From Octopus sinensis (lineage: Eukaryota), in contig NW_021828266.1 in NCBI RefSeq assembly GCF_006345805.1, positions 1 to 9,087 on the forward strand: 9,087 nucleotides of DNA, written 5' to 3'. The notes under the pieces are model-generated. The model was not told the DNA's origin, ran no database searches, and worked only from the letters and a program-made list of their open reading frames with translations. This document shows positions 1-7,695 of the stretch, piece by piece (the first letter of the stretch is position 1; each line of letters starts with the position of its first letter). The translations under genes and the position numbers were made by a program.

Positions 1-26
1 ATATATATATATAGATATATATATAT
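1..26. repeat. (AT)n microsatellite
   Basis: atatatatatatagatatatatatat, runs off the window start. Confidence 0.95.
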
Positions 27-61
27 CTGTATAAAATGTTTTTTTTTCTTTTCTTATTCAG

Positions 62-99
62 TAATTTCAAATGAACCATTTTGGAACATGACAAAGCAG
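62..99 (+). CDS. Candidate exon 1 (38 nt) of an unidentified gene; only open frame is phase 1 to phase 0, ISNEPFWNMTKQ
   Basis: Polypyrimidine tract tttttttttcttttcttattcAG ending at 61 and donor cag|GTATGT at 100. The other two frames contain stops. Could be UTR instead of coding. Confidence 0.5.
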
Positions 100-814
100 G
101 TATGTTGAACTTTTCACTTTTTATCTAAACAAGAGAATACGTTTTGTAATGTACCATCCAACTTGATCTCTTGTACTTATTTTACTACTGAATAAGACCG
201 ATGGTGTCTTTCTTCGTCGCGTAGCGGACGAATAGATTACATAAATAAACTATGTAAATATTTTTATAATTTATTTAGAATAAATCCTGTCATTTAAAGC
301 ATCGCAAGTGTTGCAAGTTAGAAACCCAAAATATTCTCGACTTTTGTATACTGAGTAAAGAAAACTGAAAGCTAAATAGAATATAAACAGATACAATTGA
401 ATAGATACGTGGAATTGTTGAATAAGAAGAACTTTACAATGTTTCGAATAGAAACGTTAGTTTTTGTTTGTATGAAGTAGTTTCGTCACAGAGCAACTCG
501 GATTTAGAAGAGGGGAAGGTACTTGAGAAACGTTGCTGACGGCCCAGTTTCAATTTCCGGTTGAATATATTTTAAACATTTTAAGCATAAATTCTTTGGG
601 TATGATTTGAATGTTTTAACTCTTATTTAATTTCGTCCCACAAACCATTGTGTGTACCTTTACGTTGTTATTTAATTTACTAGTAAAAGTAGTCAAATCA
701 TCCGTAAATTAAATGCTACCCTCTTGAAAATGAAGTAGATATCTCATTGAATAATGTGTGCAGGATACGATATCTTAATGTATCCGTCTTCACTTGGGCC
801 CTCACTTTCTGAGA

Positions 815-975
815 GTGCGGTATGTCTTGGCCGTTTTGTGTTCAAATTCTTCCGAGGTCGACTTTGCCCTTCAGCCTTCCGGGGTCGATAAAATAGGTAC
901 CAATTGATCACAGGGATCGATGTAATCGACTTACCCCTCCCTCGAAATTTCTGGCCTTGTGCCAAAATATGAAAC
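815..975 (+). mobile_element. tRNA-derived SINE family B, 5'-degraded, with 'gtgccaaaa' tail
   Basis: B-box-like gtgttcaaattc (838-849). The body gaggtcgactttgcccttcagccttccggggtcgataaaataggtacc aligns to the reverse complement of 3738-3969. Tail acccctccctcgaaatttctggccttgtgccaaaatatgaaac (932-975). Confidence 0.85.
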
Positions 976-976
976 T

Positions 977-1151
977 AATATTTGGTGGTATAAAAGTCGC
1001 ACTTGCTTAGTATACGAACCTCAATTTCAGCTGCCCATATTCAGGCAAAAATAGCTCTTAGTGAAATAAAGTTTATAGGAGGACCAACTTCGCATATAAG
1101 GGTGAGGGTGAGGCATTTTTTTTAGCAAAATGTGCGTCTAATACGAATATT
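977..1151. mobile_element. Possible degenerate Tc1/mariner(pogo)-type MITE remnant
   Basis: Imperfect inverted ends: aatatttggtggtataaaagtcgcactt (977-1004) versus reverse complement aatattcgtattagacgcacattt (1128-1151). The tataagtcgcac-like motif resembles pogo-type MITE termini as I recall them. No clear TSD. Confidence 0.35.
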
Positions 1152-1178
1152 TTAAGCCTGATAGATTCTATCCCACTC

Positions 1179-1211
1179 AAAATCTAACCAAAATCTAACC
1201 AAAATCTAACC
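1179..1211. repeat. Three perfect copies of the 11-mer aaaatctaacc
   Basis: Units at 1179-1189, 1190-1200 and 1201-1211. Confidence 0.95.
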
Positions 1212-1214
1212 ATA

Positions 1215-1634
1215 GGCGCAGGAGTGGTTGTGTGGTAAGTAGCTTGCTAACCAGCCACATGGTTCCGGGTTCAGTCCCACTGCGTGGCATCTTGGGCAAG
1301 TGTCTTCTGCTATAGCCCCGGGCCGACCAATGCCTTGTGAGTGGATTTGGTAGACGGAAACTGAAAGAAGCCTGTCGTATATATGTATATCTATATATAT
1401 GTGTGTGTGTGTTTGTGTGTCTGTGTTTGTCCCCCTAACATTGCTTGACAACCGATGCTGGTGTGTTTATGTCCCCGTCACTTAGCGGTTCGGCAAAAGA
1501 GACCGATAGAATAAGTACTGGGCTTACAAAAGAATAAGTCCCAGGGTCGATTTGCTCGACTAAAGGCGGTGCTCCAGCATGGCCGCAGTCAAATGACTGA
1601 AACAAGTAAAAGAGTAAAAGAGTAAAAAGAGTAA
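1215..1634 (+). mobile_element. Full-length tRNA-derived SINE family A (octopus-type)
   Basis: A-box-like tggttgtgtgg (1225-1235), B-box ggttcagtccc (1268-1278), CORE-like motif cttgggcaag, internal (TA)/(TG) tract, 3' module and tandem (gtaaaaga)n tail at 1606-1634. Homologous copies at 4281, 6401, 2410 and 1910. Confidence 0.93.
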
Positions 1635-1650
1635 TATATATTAGTACGTA

Positions 1651-1880
1651 CTGTCTCGAGCCATTGGGCTCATAGAGCTGGTTACTCGGTTTCTATGGCG
1701 TTAAAGTGACCGAGATCACAACGTCCCTCCTGAACGGGAAGCCTTTGCGTTGCAGGTTTTCTCAGTTACTACTGAATGGAGAGGAGCAACGTGAAATGAA
1801 GTGTCTTGCTCAAGAACACAATGCATCTCCCGCTCCGGAAATCGAAGTGCCACACCTTAAACTCTAGGCGATGCACCTTC
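1651..1880 (-). mobile_element. Diverged V-SINE-like tRNA-derived element
   Basis: Minus strand reads ttcgatttcc (B box, plus 1837-1846), then ttgtgttcttgagcaagacacttcatttcacgttgctcc, then cctgcaacgcaaaggcttcccgttcagg, then agaaaccgagt...tatgagcccaatggctcga. This is the V-domain SINE layout as I recall it. The family assignment needs a library search. Confidence 0.65.
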
Positions 1881-1909
1881 ACTAACATAAAAATTGGAGT
1901 CGAATAAAT

Positions 1910-2075
1910 AGGTTCAGGTGTGGCTATGTGCTTCAGTCTCACTGCGTGACACCTTGAGCAAGTTTCTTCTCCTATATCCTTGGGTCGACGAAAGCCTTGT
2001 GAGTGGATTTGGTTGACGGAAACTGAAACCTACCCCCTCCTCGAACTCTCTGGTCTTGTGCCAAAATTTGAAAGC
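1910..2075 (+). mobile_element. Chimeric SINE: family A head/core (internally deleted) plus family B 'gtgccaaaa' tail
   Basis: 1910-2028 aligns to 1215-1365 with a ~35-nt deletion. 2031-2075 aligns to 932-975. Confidence 0.85.
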
Positions 2076-2241
2076 AATGTAAACATTTATTAATTCTGTT
2101 ATTTCTCTATACAAGCATTCAGCACTCATATCGTAAGATCGAGTCTTCATAACGGCATTATCCCAGTTCGTGAGGAAAACTTTTCAATCGAGAGATAACA
2201 ATAGTTTCACCGAATTTAAAATTTAAAATTTTATATTTCAG

Positions 2242-2359
2242 AGTTCACAGCCCTTCTGGTTGGGTCCACCATCAGTAAACCAGTCCACACCAATAATGTG
2301 GCAATAGCAGATATTAGGGTCTATGACTCCACACTCTATTATTCTATTCGACACACAAG
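2242..2359 (+). CDS. Candidate exon 2 (118 nt), phase 1 to phase 2, FTALLVGSTISKPVHTNNVAIADIRVYDSTLYYSIRHT
   Basis: Acceptor aattttatatttcAG at 2241 and donor caag|GTAAAT at 2360. Non-repetitive, GC-elevated island. Only one frame is open across it. Confidence 0.55.
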
Positions 2360-2409
2360 GTAAATATAGCAACGATTTAATGTTCATCCTACACGTTTCT
2401 TTTAACATA

Positions 2410-2564
2410 CGTGCAGACATGGCTGTGAGGATAAGAGGCTCGCTGTGTAACTTCGTGGCTTCGAGTTCGGTTCCACTCGGGCAAGTATCTTCTACTATAG
2501 CTCCGAACTGACCAATACCTTGTGAGGGAATTTGGCAGAGGGAAAATGTGGAAGCCCATCGTAC
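2410..2564 (+). mobile_element. Diverged 5' half of SINE family A
   Basis: ggctgtgagg...gagttcggttcc...gggcaagtatcttctactatagc...ccttgtgagggaatttgg...gaagcccatcgta aligns to 1215-1380. It runs straight into the TCTG/TCTA array and the 3' module is absent. Confidence 0.85.
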
Positions 2565-2565
2565 A

Positions 2566-2647
<82 letters not shown>

Positions 2648-2708
2648 GGTCTGTCCGTCTGTCTGACTGAATATCTATCTTTCTGTGTGTGTATTTGTCT
2701 GTCATCTC

Positions 2709-2782
<74 letters not shown>

Positions 2783-2835
2783 AGATATATCTATCTGTCT
2801 GTATGTGTATTTGTCTGTCTTCTCATCTATCTATG

Positions 2836-2905
<70 letters not shown>
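2566..2905. repeat. Compound (TCTG)n/(TCTA)n microsatellite with an internal 116-bp-period duplication
   Basis: Long TCTA runs interrupted by near-identical 41-nt spacers at 2671-2711 and 2787-2827. Confidence 0.97.
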
Positions 2906-2906
<1 letters not shown>

Positions 2907-3062
2907 GCGTGTACGTATGTGTATGCTCTTATGCATGTGTGTGATGTTACAACGAGAGATGACTAACCTTAAACACACTTCATGAGAAAATGTTTGTTGG
3001 TGCTCTAACAGCCAACAGCCCAAATAGCTCTGAGATCACGTTAAGAACGAATAATTCAAATG

Positions 3063-3064
<2 letters not shown>

Positions 3065-3113
<49 letters not shown>
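3065..3113. repeat. (TTA)16 microsatellite
   Basis: Perfect TTA run. Confidence 0.97.
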
Positions 3114-3183
3114 CGTGTGTACTATTGCCCATATTAAATGATTAAAATAACATTAATCGTGGTTAAACTTTATTTATTGCTAG

Positions 3184-3271
3184 ACTAAAACAGCTGGAGA
3201 AGTTGCTATTCGTTCTGGATCAAGGAAATATTATACATCAAATACATATTACAGCACCATTACAATCTAAG
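3184..3271 (+). CDS. Candidate exon 3 (88 nt), phase 2 to phase 0, (R)LKQLEKLLFVLDQGNIIHQIHITAPLQSK
   Basis: Acceptor ctttatttattgctAG at 3183 and strong donor aag|GTAAGC at 3272. The only open frame is phase-compatible with exon 2. An alternative acceptor is possible at 3193. Confidence 0.5.
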
Positions 3272-3284
3272 GTAAGCTTGGCAT

Positions 3285-3326
3285 TCTCTCTCTCTCTCTC
3301 TTTCTCTCCCTCCCCCTCTCTCTCTC
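3285..3326. repeat. Imperfect (TC)n microsatellite
   Basis: tctctc...tttctctccctccccctctctctctc. Confidence 0.9.
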
Positions 3327-3413
3327 GTACATGTGTGTGTATAACGCACGCACTTAATTATGGCTTGCATATAGGTATTATGTTTGTATGCATGTATGTT
3401 TATGCCTATTATA

Positions 3414-3416
<3 letters not shown>

Positions 3417-3450
<34 letters not shown>

Positions 3451-3502
3451 ATAGTAATACTATAATACTACATAATACTACATAATACTACATATATACA
3501 TA

Positions 3503-3540
<38 letters not shown>

Positions 3541-3542
3541 CA
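3417..3542. repeat. (AT)n tracts enclosing a 10-bp minisatellite (taatactaca)n
   Basis: taatacta at 3455-3462, then three taatactaca units at 3463-3492, with AT runs on both sides. Confidence 0.92.
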
Positions 3543-3675
3543 TATAGTCTGGGAGATTTTCTTATGGTAGAGAAATAGCTAGTTTTGGCTGCTATTTCTA
3601 AATTTCGGTATGTGGTGAAGCAAATTTTTTGCTGAACCCTAATTATGATTATAATTATACTCGTATTATAAAATT

Positions 3676-3693
3676 ATATATATATATATATAG

Positions 3694-3732
<39 letters not shown>

Positions 3733-3737
3733 ATATA
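3676..3737. repeat. (AT)n microsatellite abutting a SINE tail
   Basis: AT run merging into the (attt)n tail of the minus-strand SINE. Confidence 0.92.
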
Positions 3738-3969
3738 TTTATTTATTTCTTGATTGCCCAGGGGGCTAAAGATAGAGGGGACAAACAAGGACGGACAAAG
3801 GGTTTCAATCGATTACATCGACTCCAGTGCGTTACTGGTACTTCTTTAATCGACCAGGAAAGGATGAAAGGCAAAGTCGACCTCGGCGGAATTTGAACTC
3901 AGAACGTAGCGGCAGACGAAATACCGCTAAGCATTTCACCCGGCGTGCTAACGATTCTGCCAGCTCGCC
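3738..3969 (-). mobile_element. Full-length, well-preserved tRNA-derived SINE family B
   Basis: Minus strand: ggcgagctggcagaatcgttag (A-box-like), gagttcaaattcc (B box), gaggtcgactttgcctttcatcctttc (resembles the Nin/Deu-type central domain as I recall it), tail ccctttgtccgtccttgtttgtcccctct...gggcaatcaagaaataaataaat. Confidence 0.93.
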
Positions 3970-4077
3970 GTCCTACATGGACTATATGCTCTTGCTAAAG
4001 GTCTTCTGTAATCCGTCTAGCACTTAAAAGAAAGTTACAACTGAGCCATACCATTAATCATTGTACACCTTCACGAA

Positions 4078-4162
4078 TATGTATGTATGTATGTCCGTGT
4101 GTCCGCACGTATGTTTGTACGCATGCATGAAGGCTTGTGTGTATGTATGTGTGTGTGTGTGT
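4078..4162. repeat. Degenerate (TATG)n/(TG)n tract
   Basis: tatgtatgtatg...gtgtgtgtgtgt. Confidence 0.85.
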
Positions 4163-4280
4163 TTAAGTGTGGGAAATTTTATTTCCGAAAGTTTCGTTGT
4201 CCATGTCCTTTAGTCCGGTAAATCAATAATTTAAGGTATTCCAGATGTAATCGTTCTATTTTTTATTATTATTTTTCATT

Positions 4281-4515
4281 AGCGTAGGCGTGGCTGTGTG
4301 GTAAGAAACTTGCTTCCCAACCACACGGTTCCTGGTTCAGTACAACTGCGTGACACCTTGGGCAATTGTCTTCCTGCTTCCCAACCACACGGTTCCTGGT
4401 TCAGTACAACTGCGTGACACCTTGGGCAATTGTCTTCCACAATAGCCTCAAGCTGATCAAAGCCTTGTGAGTTGATTCTGTAGACGCAAACTGAAAGAAG
4501 TCGTACATAGAGAGA

Positions 4516-4553
<38 letters not shown>

Positions 4554-4838
4554 ATATATGTATGTATGTATGTATGTATTTATGTATGTATGTATGTATG
4601 TATGTATGTATGTATGTATGCATGTGTGGGTCTGTGCTTCTCCGCTTCTCCATCATCGTTTGACTAGCGGTGTCGGTGTGTTTATGTCCCTGTAACAAGC
4701 GGTTTGGCAAAGAGACCGATAAAAAAAGTAGGAGACTTAAAAATAGGCTCTGGGGTCGAACTTTTCGGCAAAATACTTCAAGGCCGTACTCCAGCATGGC
4801 CGCAGTCAAATGACTAGAACCAGTATAAAAGAAAAGAA
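4281..4838 (+). mobile_element. SINE family A with a 64-bp tandem duplication and an expanded internal microsatellite
   Basis: Aligns along its length to 1215-1634. Duplicate units 4311-4374 and 4375-4438. (TG)n(TATG)n at 4519-4620. Ends ...gcatggccgcagtcaaatgact...aaaagaaaaga. Confidence 0.93.
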
Positions 4839-4919
4839 TATCTAGGACTACATTAATCAATAGGAACGCGGCGCACATATCTTTGCTATATTATACCATC
4901 CTATCATATTTTTCTGAGG

Positions 4920-5299
4920 GGACGACCTGCCAGGATCGTTAGGAAGTCGGTTAAACTCCTTACCGACATTTGTTTTAGCCTCTTTTGCGTTCTGAGATCA
5001 AGCCCTGCCGAGGTCAACTTTGAACTATTATCCTTTCGGTCCCGAAAAAAACATACCAGTGAAGCACAGGGTTCGACGTAATCGAAACGTTCTCTCCACT
5101 CAAATATTGATGGGTTTGAATACCGGCTGACAACGGGTGCTGGGTTTTTTACGTACCTATAACTTAACGGTTCGACAAAAACTGATGATAGAATACGACT
5201 TAAAAATAATAAGTACTGGGATCGATCCGCTTCACCCTTGAAGGTGGTGCCCCTCTATGACCGAAGTTCTGTGAGAGAAACACAGCAGAAGGTAAAAGA
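4920..5299 (+). mobile_element. Old chimeric SINE: family B head/body plus family A 3' module
   Basis: 4920-5090 aligns to family B (cgacctgccaggatcgttag...ctgccgaggtcaactttg...gttcgacgtaatcga). 5123-5282 aligns to the family A 3' half (gctgacaacgggtgctgg...aacttaacggttcgacaaaa...gatagaata...aaggtggtgccc). gtaaaaga at 5292-5299. Confidence 0.8.
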
Positions 5300-5752
5300 T
5301 AGCATTTATTTGTTCGGTACAGATTTAACTACAGCGAATAAAAGCGAAGTCTGAAGAAAAGGTTCAACAACGAACGAAATAATAGTTTTCATGACGCCTG
5401 CGACTATCCCCATCCGAATCTGAGGTTTCATGTCTAATGAAGAAATCATAACAGTGTGACAAGAGCAAACTGGTTAAAGAGGTGTGGATTGTTGGATACT
5501 AGGAGGAAAAGGGGACAGAAAGGTGTGTAATTTTGGCTATTTTGAAGGAGCGGCTGGCGGTGGTAGCAAGGTTGTATCACGCAGCAGGGTCCGGTTGCCG
5601 ATAGTCTGGTTGCATATCGTCTTCCCAAGATTATTTAACATTCTTTCTTCCGATATTTCAGTTGACATTTCACTCAGCTTATTATGGAGTATATGGATAC
5701 ACGAATAAAAACATAGCATACACGGAGAACCACTAACTCGCAAAACATTCAT

Positions 5753-5786
<34 letters not shown>

Positions 5787-5842
5787 TGTATGTATGTATG
5801 TATGTATGTATGTATGTGTGTATGTATGTATGCAGTATGTAG

Positions 5843-5877
<35 letters not shown>

Positions 5878-5902
5878 GATATATATATATATATATATAT
5901 AG
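5753..5902. repeat. (TATG)n followed by (TA)n microsatellite
   Basis: Direct reading. Confidence 0.97.
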
Positions 5903-6355
5903 ATGAGTGTATTTTTACCTTGTTAACAATAACACGGAAAAATAAATGAATAGTTACCAGGGCAGCAAAAATCTCACAAGTAAAGGTGTTGTAACTCCTT
6001 GTTTATGAAGGTAGAAACTTCGTGTTTACGTTGAATATTTATATATTATTTAAACTTCAATTTCCTTTATATTTAACATTCACTATTAATATCCCTACTC
6101 TTTCTGTTAGCTACTTATGACGTTATATCATATAACGTTTTTTTAAACAATAATAATAGCGTTCTGTCTATCGCTATACAAATCCATCATTTTTTGCTAA
6201 AATGTCTTATTGACGAGTTTCGTTTTTTTCACTTTCCTGAGGAGAAGATTGCATTGTTTATACCATTTATTCTTTTGAATAGTATCAGTGGAATTTTCGA
6301 AACATGTGTCGAAAGTAAAAATATTTGTTTACACCTGCGTTAACTCCATTTTTTA

Positions 6356-6357
<2 letters not shown>

Positions 6358-6393
<36 letters not shown>
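6358..6393. repeat. (AT)n microsatellite
   Basis: Direct reading; lies just 5' of a SINE. Confidence 0.95.
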
Positions 6394-6400
6394 TGCATAT

Positions 6401-6777
6401 GCGCAGGCATTGCTGTGTGGTAAGGAATTTGCTTCCCAACCACATGGTTCTGGGTTCAATCTCACTGCGTGGGACCTCGGGCAGGTCTTTTTCTATAGCC
6501 ACGAGCCGATTCGTGAGTGGATTTTGTAGACGGAAACTGAAAGAAGCCTGTCATATATATGTGTGCGTGTGTGTGTGTTTGTTCTCCAATCACCGTTTGA
6601 CAAGCCGTGTTGGTATGTTTCTGTCCCCATAACTTAGCGGTTTGGCAAAAGAGTTCGATAGAATAAGTACCGGGCTTATAAATGTACTGCGGTGGATTCA
6701 TTCGGCTAAATGTTTTCCAATGCGGTGCCCCATCATGGCCACAGTCTAATGACTGAAACAAGTAAAAAATAAAAAAA
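6401..6777 (+). mobile_element. Full-length SINE family A
   Basis: gcgcaggcattgctgtgtggtaag...gggttcaatctc...ggaaactgaaagaagcctgtc, (TA)(TG) tract, ...aacttagcggtttggcaaaaga...atgactgaaacaagtaaaaaataaaaaaa; aligns to 1215-1634. Confidence 0.93.
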
Positions 6778-6778
6778 T

Positions 6779-6848
6779 ATATATAAGTGTGTGTATGTGT
6801 GTGTGTGGATGTGTGCGCGCGTACACAGACACACGCGCACACAGACAC
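6779..6848. repeat. (TG)n/(CA)n low-complexity tract
   Basis: gtgtgtgtatgtgtgtgtggatgtgtgcgcgcgtacacagacacacgcgcacacagacac. Confidence 0.85.
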
Positions 6849-7423
6849 GCAGCCTCTAAACAGCTACCTTCATTATTTCCAAGTTGTCGCGTTATAGCAA
6901 CGTTATAGCCATGTTATAAAGCAATGTTGAGTTTTCGCGTAAACTTGCTTAATATGTCACACTGTTTTCACATTAACAAGGACTTAAAACAGTTTAGAAC
7001 CTATTTAAAACCCAGCAATTTATTGATATTTTACGATTGAAATCGCACCATTACAATTTCTCATTAAATCTCATGCATTGAAGGTGTTTTTTTCTTTGTT
7101 TTGTGTTCACAATTTCTTTTTATTTAATAATTTTTATTTTCCTTATTGCTGTTCTTGATGTTCTCTTTCTTTTCTGTATATCCTCTCGTTACTGTTTTCT
7201 CTTTCATGCTGTTTATCACCCTGTCTATGTCTGTCTGTCTGTCTTTCAATCTCTGCCCACGTGTGTGTATGCGCGTGTGTGTAAATGCTTAAGAAAGCGT
7301 GTATATACACATGCATGGGCCAAGTAGATGCTTGTTAATAAAAAAAAATTAAACAAATATGAACGCACTCATTTTATTACGGCAGGTAGATTAAGTCATA
7401 CACACACGCACTCACAAGGATAC

Positions 7424-7451
7424 CTGTCTGTCTGTCCGTCCGTCCGTCTGT

Positions 7452-7531
<80 letters not shown>

Positions 7532-7604
7532 ATACCGGTATATCTGTGTGTGATCAAATATTCATATATACACACACACATACATATATATATATATGTA
7601 TGTA
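7424..7604. repeat. Compound (TCTG)(TCCG)(TCTA)n microsatellite followed by (CA)/(TA) tracts
   Basis: Direct reading. Confidence 0.93.
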
Positions 7605-7695
7605 TAATAAAATAAAAAGAGTAGAAATTGATATTAATCAATTAAAACTAGTGCCTTAGCATTTTTAAAAATCCGAAGATTAAAAATTATGTTAC

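Noticed and set aside
213-232. GC-rich hairpin ttcgtc-gcgtagcg-gacgaa as a Helitron 3' end or terminator
   Set aside because: No CTRR terminus at the expected distance on either strand, and the stem is short enough to be chance.
300-518. Extra exon candidates 300-354 (would repair the exon 1/2 phase) and 492-518
   Set aside because: 300-354 has a weak AAG acceptor and a mediocre donor. 492-518 does not change phase. Short open frames are expected by chance.
1215-1285. tRNA gene calls for the A/B-box-containing heads
   Set aside because: No complete cloverleaf, and each head continues into a repeated SINE body.
2522-2985. Long ORFs such as 2522-2944, 2685-2966 and 2803-2985, and similar ones at 4279-4878, 5758-5949, 7328-7615, 7989-8130 and 8533-8967
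   Set aside because: They are translations of stop-free microsatellites (YLSI, MYVC, HTYI, poly-N/D), not proteins.
2242-3271. Resemblance of exon peptides to C-type lectin (PFWLG), H-type lectin or TNF/C1q motifs
   Set aside because: Key conserved residues are missing or the frame has a stop, so the similarity is only impressionistic.
3571-3599. 9-bp inverted repeat agaaatagc...gctatttct
   Set aside because: Short and AT-rich; compatible with chance or an old repeat fragment.
744-4027. ORFs 744-965, 1206-1451, 1914-2150 and 3827-4027, and similarly 6288-6848
   Set aside because: They lie inside SINE copies. The shared peptides (QSRPRRNLN, CHAV.LN.EPCGW) only reflect SINE homology.
6283-6314. 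Possible 32-nt exon (YQWNFRNMCR or ISGIFETCVE) between exons 3 and 4
   Set aside because: Weak donor (aaa|GTAAAA). It cannot be supported without transcript data.
6890-6928. Degenerate ~11-bp tandem repeat (cgttatagcaa)
   Set aside because: Three decayed adjacent units with no spacers, so ordinary slippage rather than a CRISPR-like or binding-site array.
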